This document shows, in pieces, positions 47,460 through 57,349 of a stretch of 64,000 bases of DNA. The position numbers and the translations under genes are program-made. A model generated the notes under the pieces. It made no database searches. It saw only the letters and a list, made by a program, of their open reading frames with translations, and was not told where the DNA came from. Origin of the DNA: Alphaproteobacteria bacterium (GTDB lineage Bacteria; Pseudomonadota; Alphaproteobacteria; UBA828); contig CBDCQT010000013.1 in NCBI GenBank assembly GCA_965220745.1, forward strand, positions 1,017,339 to 1,081,338, in the 5' to 3' direction. Numbering within the stretch: the stretch's first letter is position 1; every line of letters begins with the position of its first letter.

Positions 47460-48875
47460 TCAGTCGCCCGGATAGGCTGCAGGCTTGGAGGCCCACTCCA
47501 TGTAGGCCTCGCGCTGCGCATCGACGCCCACCTTCTCGGTGAGCGCGTCCCACTTGTCGGCGACGCCGTCGAGCTCCTCTTGCGGATCGCCACCGGACAT
47601 CACCGACTGCAGCCCGGCCGCGAGCGCGTCGATGTACGCGAAGGTGTTGATGATCGACAGATCGAGCAGGCCCGAGACCGCGCCCTTCTCAGCCGCTTCG
47701 AGATAGTACTTCGCGTCCGGCCAGCGCGACTGGTACTCCGGCGACGAGAAGTGCGACTTGCGGAAGGGATCGCGCAGCGCGTAGGGCAGCTGCACCCGCT
47801 GGTGGCTGATGTCGATGCTGTTGATCCACTGGATGTAGAGGTAGGCCGCATCCTTGTTCTTGCTGCTGGACGAGACCGCCATGGCGAACCCGGCAGCGAG
47901 CTGCGGATGGCCGCCCGGCGGCAGTGCGTAGCCCACCTTGCCCGCGACCACCGACGGCGGCACCCACTGCATGGCGATGTCGTCGGTGCCGTAGCCCGCC
48001 GACCAGCGGCCGACCGGCGGCCACGACTGGAGCATGGCAGACTGGCCGGCGTTGAAGGCGGCCAGCGTCTCGACGAAGCCCCACACCTCGATGCCGGGCG
48101 GCATGGTCGTGTTGTCCTTGACCATGTCGGCGAGCGCCTTGACGCAGCCGGGGCCGTTGATCGTCGCCTGCATGGTCTCGGCGTCGAAGAACTTGCAGCC
48201 CTCGACCCGCGCCCGCTCCTGGTAGAAATACTGTAGGAGGCCGCGCGCGCGCATGAAAGCCGAGCCGTACATGTCCGGCGCCTTGGCGTCGGTGATCGCC
48301 TTGCTGACCTCGTAGAACTCGTCCCACGTGGTCGGCACCGAGAGGCCCATCTCCTCGAAGACGTCCTTGCGGTAGTAGAGGATGAACACGTCGCCATCAT
48401 CCGGGAAGCCGTAGATGGTGTCGCCGATCCGCATCTGGTTCTCGCGATAGACGTCGCCGATATCGTCGAGTTCCGCCCGGTAGCCGTACTTGTCGACGTA
48501 GTCGTCGAGTGGTTCGACCGCACCGGCACGCACCATGTCACCCATCCAGGCGGGCACCACGTTCAGGACGTCATAGGCGCCGGTGCCGCCCCGGTGCTCC
48601 TGCATCATCTTGGGGAACATCTCGTCATGCTGGGCTTCGATGATGTTCACCTTGATCCCGGTGAGCTCCTCCCACTTCGGGCCGGAGAAGTTCTGCGGAC
48701 CCAGCGCCTGCAGCCCGGCTTCCCAGAAGACGTTGATGGTGGTGCCGGAATACTTCTGGGCCTCGCGCACTGCGATCTCGGCAGCGCTCTCCGCCCAGGC
48801 GGCGCTTGACCCCACGCCGAGCAGTGCGAGCGCGGCGAGCCCGCCGATTGCGGACCGTATAGACATGGTTGCCAT
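47460..48875 (-). CDS. Carbohydrate-type ABC substrate-binding protein, copy 1
   Basis: Same motifs as copy 2; GGGAGG RBS. Confidence 0.88.
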   Translation of the reverse strand: MATMSIRSAIGGLAALALLGVGSSAAWAESAAEIAVREAQKYSGTTINVFWEAGLQALGPQNFSGPKWEELTGIKVNIIEAQHDEMFPKMMQEHRGGTGAYDVLNVVPAWMGDMVRAGAVEPLDDYVDKYGYRAELDDIGDVYRENQMRIGDTIYGFPDDGDVFILYYRKDVFEEMGLSVPTTWDEFYEVSKAITDAKAPDMYGSAFMRARGLLQYFYQERARVEGCKFFDAETMQATINGPGCVKALADMVKDNTTMPPGIEVWGFVETLAAFNAGQSAMLQSWPPVGRWSAGYGTDDIAMQWVPPSVVAGKVGYALPPGGHPQLAAGFAMAVSSSSKNKDAAYLYIQWINSIDISHQRVQLPYALRDPFRKSHFSSPEYQSRWPDAKYYLEAAEKGAVSGLLDLSIINTFAYIDALAAGLQSVMSGGDPQEELDGVADKWDALTEKVGVDAQREAYMEWASKPAAYPGD

Positions 48876-48923
48876 TGATGGCCTCCCCTTGTTCAGCGCG
48901 GCGGCGCCGCGCTCTCCTCCAAA

Positions 48924-49730
48924 CTAACGCTGGCCAGCGACGCCTGTACGCGGTCCGCGACAGGCCTTGCGCAGCGCGGCAATGCCCTCCGCGACACCGC
49001 GCTGAACCAGCCAACTGTCGCCAGAATAGCATAGGAAATCGAAGCCCAGATCATGCAGCGCCAGGCCGGTTTCGGTGTCGTCGTAGATGCGGCCGAGCGA
49101 CTTGCCGTGTTGCGCGCAGGCGGCAGCGACGCGCTGCATCGCCGCCTGGAACTTCGGGTGGTCGAACTTCGCCGGGATGCCCATGGAGACCGACAGGTCG
49201 AAATGGCCGATCCAGATGCCGTCGACTCCCTTGAGCGCGGCGGTCGCCTCGATGTCGTCAATTGCTTCAGGCGTTTCGACCTTTGGGAAAAAGACCACGT
49301 CCCGGTTGGCGGCGCGGAGCGCGGGCGCCGCCGGGCGCTGATGGTAGCGGTCGTGGGCGATGCCGACGGCGACGCCCCGCGCACCCTTCGGCGCGTAGCG
49401 CACGTGATCGAGGATGGCGCGGGCCTCGGCGGCGCTGCCGACCTTGGCCGGCTGGATGCCGTCCGCCCCCATGTCGAGCGCACGGGCGACCATGTCGTAG
49501 TCGCCGCCGACGGTGGAGACGATCACAGGCAGGTCGGCCGCCTGGTAGAAGCGCAGCATTCGCTTGAGCTGGTCGTAGCCGAAACCGGAGTGCTCCAGGT
49601 CGAGGAGCGCATACTCGCAGCCGGCAGCCTTGAGGATCTGCCCCATGCCGGGGCTGTCGAACTCGATCACGAACGTGCCGAACTTGGGCCGCTTGGTGCC
49701 CATCATGGCGCGCAGCGCAGGACTCGGCAT
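48924..49730 (-). CDS. HpcH/HpaI aldolase-family protein (atypical active site)
   Basis: DLEHSG, ALDMGA, YAPKGARG, VET, GHFDLS. Confidence 0.85.
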   Translation of the reverse strand: MPSPALRAMMGTKRPKFGTFVIEFDSPGMGQILKAAGCEYALLDLEHSGFGYDQLKRMLRFYQAADLPVIVSTVGGDYDMVARALDMGADGIQPAKVGSAAEARAILDHVRYAPKGARGVAVGIAHDRYHQRPAAPALRAANRDVVFFPKVETPEAIDDIEATAALKGVDGIWIGHFDLSVSMGIPAKFDHPKFQAAMQRVAAACAQHGKSLGRIYDDTETGLALHDLGFDFLCYSGDSWLVQRGVAEGIAALRKACRGPRTGVAGQR

Positions 49731-49734
49731 CCGC

Positions 49735-50526
49735 CTATCCCTTCCGCCGGCCGGCGAGCGCCGCCTTCAGATCGTCGATGCCGTGGCGCAGCGTCTCCCG
49801 CATCAGCCAGACATCGCCGGAGTAGCAGATCATGTCGTAGCCCTTGTGGTAGGCGGCGATGCCGCTCTCGACACTCATGACGAGGCAGCCGAAGGACTTC
49901 TTGTTCTTGACGCAGGCGCGCGCGACCCGCTCCTCCGCCGCAATGACATCGGGGTGGTCGAGCTGGCCGGGAACGCCGAGGGAGGTGCTCAGGTCGGAAT
50001 GTCCGATCCAGATGCCGTCGACTCCGTCCGTGGCGGCGATTGCTTCCACGTTTTCAATGCCCTGCCGGGTCTCGACGATCAGGAACACGGCAACCCGGCG
50101 GTTGGCGGCGCGCAGCTTGGTCACCGGGGCTCCGGGCGCGTAGCGGTCGTGGGCGACGCCGAGCGCCACTCCGCGATGCCCGTGCGGCGGATACTTCGCG
50201 TGCGCCACGATGCGCGCGGCCTCCTCACCCGAGCCCACCATCGGCAGCAGAATCGCTTCAGCGCCCATGTCGAGCGCACGGGCGATATGGTGATAGTGGC
50301 GGGACGGTGGGCGCACGATGGTCGGCAGCTCCGCCGCCTCCATGTAGCGCAGGACCTGCTTCACCGTGTCGAAGCCGAAGCCGGAGTGCTCCATGTCGAG
50401 GAAGACGAACTGGGCGCCGGCGGCCTTGAGGATGTAGCCAATGCCGGGCGAGGCCAGCTCGATGACCAGCGTGCCGAACTTGGCCCGCCGGGTCCCCGCC
50501 ATCTCCTTCAACGTGCTCAACGCCAC
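49735..50526 (-). CDS. HpcH/HpaI aldolase-family protein
   Basis: DMEHSG, IVRPP, ALDMGA, KYPPHGHRG, VET, GHSDLS; GTG start chosen. Confidence 0.88.
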   Translation of the reverse strand: MALSTLKEMAGTRRAKFGTLVIELASPGIGYILKAAGAQFVFLDMEHSGFGFDTVKQVLRYMEAAELPTIVRPPSRHYHHIARALDMGAEAILLPMVGSGEEAARIVAHAKYPPHGHRGVALGVAHDRYAPGAPVTKLRAANRRVAVFLIVETRQGIENVEAIAATDGVDGIWIGHSDLSTSLGVPGQLDHPDVIAAEERVARACVKNKKSFGCLVMSVESGIAAYHKGYDMICYSGDVWLMRETLRHGIDDLKAALAGRRKG

Positions 50527-50814
50527 CCGCAGTCTCCGCTCCGGCCCGTGTGATACGCCGGTCGGCACGCGATTCCGCCAGCGCGGGCCGCATGTTAGCA
50601 GCAATGGCGCGGTCCGCCGAATCGGTATAGGAACGCGGCCTGATGATGCGCTCGGGGTCGCTTGTTCGTTATCGGCGCCGGGTGGCGTGCGCGACGCGGG
50701 TGGGCTCGTATGGGGATCGAAGAAAAATAACAGTCTGTTCACTTTTCTTATGCTTCCATAACAATTTCTTCACAGTTGTCATAACATCCGGGTAGCTCAG
50801 ACAGGGAGAGCGCC

Positions 50815-51873
50815 ATGGCCGCCTCGGTCAGTCGAGTGATGACGACCATTTCTGCTGCCGCGTTGCTGGGGGGTGTTCTCTCAGCTTGTAGCGACGATCC
50901 TCCGGACGATTCCGTTGTCGTTGGCGGCTTCGTCGCCAGCCCGTTGGGGTCCTGGTATGCGGATGGCGGCCAGGACACGTTGGCAAATCTGGAGGGCCTG
51001 GCGTTCTCGCCGCTTTCCGTTCATGTCAGACGGGACTACGCGGAAGATACGAGGGGCGTGTCATCGCCGGAAGACGACAGCGCCTATATCGAGTCCATCG
51101 TGAGAACCAGCACGGGAAAGATCGTCGTCAGTTATGTCTTGGAGGGCGAGAGAGCGAGTATTGATTTCGACACGAGTGAGGTTGCGTCATACGATAGCAT
51201 TTTCGGCGAGACGACCCATGACGACCATCGATACGCTGTGCAGCTCTACTCCAATCTCGGCACTGCCGACGCTCCCACAACGCGGGATTATGTGGCCACC
51301 GCACGGTGGTACACGTTCGAGCAGAGGCCCGGTGTTAACCCATACGATGGAGTGGTTTACGAGTTTTTCGGCACCTACGGTGTAAGGACGCCGTCCGAGC
51401 CTCTGTCGGCGCTGGGCAGTGCCAGCTATGAAGGAAACATCCTGGGCAACATTTGGGATACAGGCAATCCCAGCCGCCGTACCGGTAGTGAGCTCCTGGA
51501 AGGATCCTTGTCCCTCAGTGCGGACTTGGATAACGGGGAGATTGGCGGACAAGTCACCGACTTTACTCGGTTCGACCGAGACGCGACTGATTTGGGCAGG
51601 CAGCCTCTCGCGGATACGAACGTGATCGAAATTACGGGCAGCATCATGGATGGCCGCTTTACCGCCGACTGGGAAGGCCACGACAGCGGCGGCACGCCTG
51701 CCGAACACAGCATTGGTGGATTCACGGGAACCATGCTGGGCGAGTTCTACGGCCCCGCCGGTGAGGAGGTGGGCGGCGTGCTGCGCGGCCATCGCGACGC
51801 GACCACCACGACGCCCAAGCAGATCTTCAACGGGTTCTTCAGCGCCGGCAGGGAACCGGAAGTAGGGCAATAG
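50815..51873 (+). CDS. Surface lipoprotein with a TbpB-like C-terminal beta-barrel
   Basis: LSAC lipobox; GSASYEG, LSADLDNGEIGG, GEFYGPAGEEVGG; lower GC. Confidence 0.7.
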   Translation: MAASVSRVMTTISAAALLGGVLSACSDDPPDDSVVVGGFVASPLGSWYADGGQDTLANLEGLAFSPLSVHVRRDYAEDTRGVSSPEDDSAYIESIVRTSTGKIVVSYVLEGERASIDFDTSEVASYDSIFGETTHDDHRYAVQLYSNLGTADAPTTRDYVATARWYTFEQRPGVNPYDGVVYEFFGTYGVRTPSEPLSALGSASYEGNILGNIWDTGNPSRRTGSELLEGSLSLSADLDNGEIGGQVTDFTRFDRDATDLGRQPLADTNVIEITGSIMDGRFTADWEGHDSGGTPAEHSIGGFTGTMLGEFYGPAGEEVGGVLRGHRDATTTTPKQIFNGFFSAGREPEVGQ

Positions 51874-52180
51874 GCGCGGCGCGGTCGGCTTCTGACAACG
51901 TTCCTGTCTTTGGGGATGGCTCCAATCAGCCCACGGGAGCGCAACGCAGAAGCGAGAAACGCAGCCTGTCGGCAACGACCTTGCATTTTGCAGATGTTCC
52001 TGTTATATTCTCTTCACATCGAGTCGTGGAGATGCGCATGGGGAACCAGCCGAAGTGCAGGCCGGACGCTAGGCTGTGGGCCGTACGCTCCAAATCCGAC
52101 TGCATTAGCAGGTGCAGAGCGTCGCAATGCAACAAGGACAGTATTCTGGGTGAGTGCGGTGGGCGGCCGGGAGGAGCGAC

Positions 52181-53095
52181 ATGAATGCACCGTCCTTCGT
52201 GGTGCCGGCGTTAAAGGGGGCGGCTCCAACAACATCCGAGCAATCCAAGGAGCAGACCAGATGTGGCGATCAATCCGTAATCGCCTGCGAGGACAATCGT
52301 ATATTCTTGCGCTCACTGCCGGACGAGAGCATGAAGCTCATCGTTACGTCACCGCCATATAATTTAGGGAAACGCTACGAGGCTAGAGCACCACTAGATG
52401 TCTACGTCGAAGCACAACGATATGTGATCGCTGAGTGCGTCAGGCTGTTGCATCCTCGCGGTTCGATATGTTGGCAAGTCGGTAACTATGTCGAAAACGG
52501 CGAGATCATACCGCTCGATAGCATCCTCTATCCTGTGTTCCGCGCTCAGGGACTAAAGCTTCGTAATCGGATTGTCTGGCATTTCGGACATGGACTCCAT
52601 TGCACGAAGCGCCTTTCGGGTCGCTATGAGACGATCAACTGGTGGACCAAAGAGACCTCTTATACTTGGAATCTTGATGAGATAAGAGTGCCGTCCAAAT
52701 ATCCGAACAAACGCCACTTCAAAGGGCCGAACGCTGGTAAGTTGTCAGGGAACCCAAAAGGAAAGAACCCGAGCGACGTTTGGGCCTTCCCAAACGTAAA
52801 GAACAATCACGTTGAAAAGACCATTCATCCATGCCAATTCCCAGTTGAGCTTGTGGAACGCCTTGTATTGTCGATGACGGATGCGGGCGACACGGTTCTC
52901 GATCCCTATATGGGTGTCGGCTCCACGATCATTGCGGCCCTCAAGCATGGTCGCGTGGCTTACGGGTGCGATATCGTACCTTCATACGTGGAAATCGCAC
53001 GCCAGCGGGTGGAGCAGTTGCGTGCAGGTACTTTGCAAACGCGGCCCATGGGCAAACCCGTCTACGACCCCGCACTGCCTAACGGTGGCCATTAA
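52181..53095 (+). CDS. Site-specific DNA methyltransferase, beta class (probably m4C)
   Basis: TSPPY (motif IV) precedes HPCQFP and DPYMGVGST (motif I); TAATG overlap with the REase. Confidence 0.92.
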   Translation: MNAPSFVVPALKGAAPTTSEQSKEQTRCGDQSVIACEDNRIFLRSLPDESMKLIVTSPPYNLGKRYEARAPLDVYVEAQRYVIAECVRLLHPRGSICWQVGNYVENGEIIPLDSILYPVFRAQGLKLRNRIVWHFGHGLHCTKRLSGRYETINWWTKETSYTWNLDEIRVPSKYPNKRHFKGPNAGKLSGNPKGKNPSDVWAFPNVKNNHVEKTIHPCQFPVELVERLVLSMTDAGDTVLDPYMGVGSTIIAALKHGRVAYGCDIVPSYVEIARQRVEQLRAGTLQTRPMGKPVYDPALPNGGH

Positions 53096-53706
53096 TGCAA
53101 ATTGCGGCTCTTTATTCGCATCTGAATGGAGAAGAATACCTAATTGTTCACCGCCAAGACCTTTGGAACGAGGTGAAGTCCGTAATCGCAAAAGTCGATG
53201 CGGGGGCTTGTCGAACCAAAGTTTCCGGGGAAAAGAGTCGAGAAGGGCGAACGCTGTATTCTCCGATAGATATGAATCAAGCATTCAAGAAACGGTTTAA
53301 GCGGCGCGGATGGCGTGAGCGCCGAAACACCTTCTGGGTGACGGCGGACGAGAAACTCCTACGAGGTATCCATGGGTTAGGGGAAGCGGAACAAAAGGCG
53401 GCAATCGAGGACGCTGGACTTGAGCCTATCATGTCCTATAACCAGACCGATTTCGTAAAGGACCGAGTGGCGGTTGAGGTCCAATTCGGCAAATACTCCT
53501 TCGTCGCTCACGACCTTTTCGTCAAGCACCTCAGCTTCTACGTCTCGGATATCATCGATGTGGGGATCGAGATCCTACCAATGAAGGAGTTGGAGCGTAA
53601 CATGTCGTCAGGCGTGCCGTACTATGAGCGCGACCTGCTCAACGTTGTTCGTCAAGGGCGAGGTGTTCCGGCGGTTCCCTTAGTGCTCGTCGGAGTCACA
53701 CCGTAG
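53095..53706 (+). CDS. BglII/BstYI-family type II restriction endonuclease
   Basis: NQTDFVKDRVAVEVQFGK (D...ExQ) motif, DVGIEI. Confidence 0.88.
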   Translation: MQIAALYSHLNGEEYLIVHRQDLWNEVKSVIAKVDAGACRTKVSGEKSREGRTLYSPIDMNQAFKKRFKRRGWRERRNTFWVTADEKLLRGIHGLGEAEQKAAIEDAGLEPIMSYNQTDFVKDRVAVEVQFGKYSFVAHDLFVKHLSFYVSDIIDVGIEILPMKELERNMSSGVPYYERDLLNVVRQGRGVPAVPLVLVGVTP

Positions 53707-54388
53707 TCGACTTGAGAGCCACCACGACCTCGTCCGCGGTCATTACGTCGCCAAATTGCTGGATGATGGTCTCCAGCGCGTTGCGGTGCTCCTCGTCGGT
53801 GAGGGCAGCGCAGCAGTCGGCGAGCATCACGGTCTTGAAGTCGAGCATCATGGCGTCGCGCGCGGTGGATTCGCAGCAGACGTCGGTCTTGGTGCCGCCG
53901 ATCAGCAGCGTGTCGATGCTTCGGCCCCGCACCATCGTCTCCAGCGATGAGGAGCCCGCGATCAGCGCGCTGTAGCGGTTCTTGAAGAGGACCGTGTCAT
54001 CGTCTGCGACCTCCAGCTCCGGCCAGAGCTGTTGGCCGTCCGCGCCCGGCGCGAGCCCGGCGATGGTGCGCGCCCGCGCTTCGTCGGAGACGAAATGGTC
54101 GAAGAAGCCCGGCCAGTCCGACGCGCCGTGGCGGCTCGTATTCGCGTGGGCCACCCAGTAGATGGGGACGCCCAGCGCCCTGAGCCGCGCGTTGAGCCCG
54201 TTGATCTGCGGCACGATGGCGCGCGCCATCGGCACCTCCACCGGGGCGCCCGGCGCGAGGAATGTCACCTGCATGTCGATGTAGACCGCCGCGGTGCACG
54301 CGGGATCGAGCCGCTCGAAGAGGCGCATCCGCCCGCGCCGCTTCACGACCCGTTCGACGATCTCCTGACGGATGGCAATATCGTGCAT
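53696..54388 (-). CDS. Cysteine hydrolase (isochorismatase family)
   Basis: IDMQ, KNRYSA, GTKTDVCCESTARDA (D-K-C triad). Confidence 0.9.
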   Translation of the reverse strand: MHDIAIRQEIVERVVKRRGRMRLFERLDPACTAAVYIDMQVTFLAPGAPVEVPMARAIVPQINGLNARLRALGVPIYWVAHANTSRHGASDWPGFFDHFVSDEARARTIAGLAPGADGQQLWPELEVADDDTVLFKNRYSALIAGSSSLETMVRGRSIDTLLIGGTKTDVCCESTARDAMMLDFKTVMLADCCAALTDEEHRNALETIIQQFGDVMTADEVVVALKSTTV

Positions 54389-54458
54389 GTGGTTGCTTAC
54401 CTGCCGGGCCTACACGGCGAATTGCTGGTAGTCCGCACTACCTTGTCCCGAATCCGAC

Positions 54459-54869
54459 TTACACCCAACTTTGTACCGTCAGTTCCTCGAACTCACGAAA
54501 ATCGTCCATGTTCGAGGTGACCAGCGTCAAACCGTTGACGCACGCGATCGCTGCAATCTGGCTATCGACGAACGGCGGTGTCTTGCCCGCCGCGACGAGC
54601 CTCGCGCGCTCCCTGGCGTGCCAGTCGGCTGCCTCACGGTCATAGTCGAGCACCGGGAAAGTTTGCAGCACCACGGTCTCGATGTAGCGCTCGACCGCAT
54701 CCCGGCGGCGCGAGGGCGGCAGCCTGTCGCACCCGAACCGCAGCTCGTGCCAGACCGGAGACGGAATTGCGATCTCTCCGTCGTACTGCCGCAGCCGGCG
54801 CATGACGCTGGCGGCCGGTTGGGGTCGCAGCGGCTCCGACACGACGTTGGTGTCGAGCAAGTAAAGCAC
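54459..54869 (-). CDS. vapC: PIN-domain (VapC-type) toxin
   Basis: YLLDTNVVSE, WHEL.FG, DSQIAAIA, LVTSN..DF. Confidence 0.92.
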   Translation of the reverse strand: MLYLLDTNVVSEPLRPQPAASVMRRLRQYDGEIAIPSPVWHELRFGCDRLPPSRRRDAVERYIETVVLQTFPVLDYDREAADWHARERARLVAAGKTPPFVDSQIAAIACVNGLTLVTSNMDDFREFEELTVQSWV

Positions 54870-54874
54870 CGGCG

Positions 54875-55102
54875 TTACAACCGAACATCGCGCCCTTGTG
54901 CTTCTTTGCGGATGCTCCCGAATAGCTCGCCGGGGTCAAGCGCGAGCGCTGCGAGGTCCATTTCGTCCGTGAAGTCTCGATATGCCGCGACGAAGCCTTG
55001 GCGGCTCGGCGTGGACGGCTCGCCACTCTCGCGACCGCTCAGGTCGGTTCGCCGATTCGGCTGGGGTCCGACTGCGTCAGCCTGCGACCGTCGTATGCCC
55101 AT
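54875..55102 (-). CDS. Putative antitoxin (acidic C-terminus; no clear DNA-binding domain)
   Basis: Small ORF 5 bp upstream of vapC ending ...DPGELFGSIRKEAQGRDVRL; GGAGG RBS. Confidence 0.6.
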   Translation of the reverse strand: MGIRRSQADAVGPQPNRRTDLSGRESGEPSTPSRQGFVAAYRDFTDEMDLAALALDPGELFGSIRKEAQGRDVRL

Positions 55103-55201
55103 TGTGCCCTCCACGAACTAGACAAGCTGCAGCTTCGCCGGTCTTGCGAAGCGTATCAGTTGGGACCACCAGAACGCAGCGCACGCTCGGCCCCAGAAAG
55201 C

Positions 55202-55480
55202 CTACACCCGCACGATGTCAGTGAGGAAGGGGTCGCCCGCGAGTGCCGATTCGGTGTCGAGCAGGGCACCACAGCCGGGGCAGAAGAAACGCCGCAGCAG
55301 GACCCGCTCGGCATTGGTGTAGGGATTGCCGCCGGCGCCCTGCATCGGCTGCTCGTCGAGCCTGGCGGATGCTTTCCAAGGTTGCCCGGCCGGCCCCAGG
55401 ACATGACCGCAGGCCGCACATGCGATGGCACGGTCTTCGTTCACCACGAGCGTGGCGGAGATGCGGGTTGTGTTATTCAT
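55202..55480 (-). CDS. Acetone carboxylase gamma-subunit-like protein
   Basis: CAACGH...WK...LRRFFCPGCG.LLDTE zinc-ribbon; follows hyuA/hyuB. Confidence 0.8.
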   Translation of the reverse strand: MNNTTRISATLVVNEDRAIACAACGHVLGPAGQPWKASARLDEQPMQGAGGNPYTNAERVLLRRFFCPGCGALLDTESALAGDPFLTDIVRV

Positions 55481-55505
55481 GCTCCCTCAGTCGCCGCGCG
55501 TTCGC

Positions 55506-57341
55506 TCATTCAGCCGCTACTGCTGTCGGCGCGGCGAGTCGGGCGGTGCGCAGAGCATCGCGGCGCGTCGCGGTCGCTGTCTCGTCCACCGCGCCGTTGG
55601 CCATCACCACGCCGTAGACCGAGGCGGCCACTTCCGCCGAGACCATGCCGGCCTCGATGTCGGCCTGCACCCGTGCGGGCTCGCGCTCCAGCGGGTCGCC
55701 GAAACCGCCGCCGCCGTCCGAGCGGACGTAGAGCGCGTCCTCGCCCTTGAGCGGGAAGACGCCCCACGAAATCGTCTCCGCCTCGCCGGTCATCTCGTCG
55801 AGAGAGGTGGGGAAGGGGTTGACGTTGCGCCCGGCCTCGCTTGCGCGGTTGTTGTGGACCCAGCGGTAGGCGCAGGGCGCGCCGGCGTAGCCGCCGCCCA
55901 GCCCCTCGCTCATGGAGAACTCGGTGCCCTTGCCGGAGACCACGTAGTTGATGCCGCCCTCGGGCGAATCGTGCTGCACCAGGGCGAACTCGAGGGCGTT
56001 GCCGCCGCGCCAGCGCCCCGGCCCGCCGGTATCCGGCCGCGCGCGGCGGAAGAGGTAGCGCACCGGGAAGGTCGCTTCGGTGGTCTCGACGTTGGCCATG
56101 CGGCCGATGGGGTTGGGAATCTCGCCGCCGACATCGATACCGTCGGCCCAAGTGCGCGCCCCGCCGGCGCCGCCAAACGTCTCGGTCAGGATGCCGATGG
56201 CCTCCTGCCGGCGCTGGTTGAGGCCGAACATGAAGATGGCGAAGTGGCTGCCGTGCCAGACCGCCGTCGCCTCCTCGGCGTACTTTTCGCTCGCCGACAG
56301 CATCTTGGCGATGCAGGTGCAGGCGGCGTTGTTGACCGACTGGATGGTGCCCACGGTCGCGAGCGAGACCGGCGCCGGCCGCGTGCAGTTCACGACCGAG
56401 CCTTCGGGCGCGATCATCCTGATCGGCCTGAGCACGCCGTCGTTCCAGGTGATGTCGTAGCAGAGGAGGGGGAAGAGGGGGGCAAAGAAGCCGCCCCACG
56501 AGGCCCAGTAGGTGCAGTTGATGCCGTAGTGCGACTGCGGGCTGGAGCCGGTGAAGTCGAAGGTGAGCTCATCGCCCTCCTTGGTCATGGCGAGCAGCAC
56601 CCGGCAGGTCTCGCCCTCGATGTCGAAATACTGCCGCGCCTCCCAGCGGCCGTCCGGCAGTTCCCGCAGGCGCTTGCGGAGCAGAGTCTCCGACTGGTCG
56701 ACCAGGGCTCCGCAGGCTTCGTCCACCGGGCCCGCTCCGTACTTGTCGATCAGCGCGCCCATGCGCTCCCGCGCCACGTTATTGGCCGCGATCATGGAGG
56801 AGAGGTCGAGCGCCACCATCTCCGGCGCCCGGACCATGTTGAGCAGCGTGTCCATCACGTCGCGGCGCATCTCGCCGCCTTCCACCAGCTTGATGCCGGG
56901 CGAGCTGAAGCCCTCGGTGAAGATGTCGCGCGAATCCGGGCTGAAGCCGCCGGGCACCATGGCGCCGATGTCGTAGACGTGGACGAAGCAGGCGCTCCAC
57001 GCGACCAGCCGGCCCTCATGGTGGATCGGCGCCACGAGGTAGATGTCGGAGGTGTGCAGCGCCGCGGTGTAGGGGCAGTTGGTGAGGAACACGTCGCCTT
57101 CGCCGATATCGCCCTCGAAGCGGCGGATGACGGCCTTACACGCCTCGGCGGCGCTGGTCAGGTGGTGGAGGAAGCCAACGCCGCCCATGAGCAGCGAGCC
57201 GTCCGCGCGGTAGAGGGAGACCATGAGGTCGTGGCCCTCGTTGGTGATCGCGCTGCCCGAGACGTGCTTGAGCGTGATCACCGCCTCGTCGATGACGCGG
57301 AAGAGCCGGTGGCGGATGATGGAGAAGGTGATCGGGTCCAT
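55506..57341 (-). CDS. Hydantoinase B/oxoprolinase-family subunit
   Basis: MDPITFSII, NCPY...HTSD, HVYDIG, GGPGRWRGG, GGGGFGDPLER. Confidence 0.9.
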   Translation of the reverse strand: MDPITFSIIRHRLFRVIDEAVITLKHVSGSAITNEGHDLMVSLYRADGSLLMGGVGFLHHLTSAAEACKAVIRRFEGDIGEGDVFLTNCPYTAALHTSDIYLVAPIHHEGRLVAWSACFVHVYDIGAMVPGGFSPDSRDIFTEGFSSPGIKLVEGGEMRRDVMDTLLNMVRAPEMVALDLSSMIAANNVARERMGALIDKYGAGPVDEACGALVDQSETLLRKRLRELPDGRWEARQYFDIEGETCRVLLAMTKEGDELTFDFTGSSPQSHYGINCTYWASWGGFFAPLFPLLCYDITWNDGVLRPIRMIAPEGSVVNCTRPAPVSLATVGTIQSVNNAACTCIAKMLSASEKYAEEATAVWHGSHFAIFMFGLNQRRQEAIGILTETFGGAGGARTWADGIDVGGEIPNPIGRMANVETTEATFPVRYLFRRARPDTGGPGRWRGGNALEFALVQHDSPEGGINYVVSGKGTEFSMSEGLGGGYAGAPCAYRWVHNNRASEAGRNVNPFPTSLDEMTGEAETISWGVFPLKGEDALYVRSDGGGGFGDPLEREPARVQADIEAGMVSAEVAASVYGVVMANGAVDETATATRRDALRTARLAAPTAVAAE

Positions 57342-57349
57342 GGCGGGCC

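Noticed and set aside
45962-48875. DGR template/variable repeat pair
   Set aside because: Both copies are full genes, differences are not adenine-specific, and there is no reverse transcriptase
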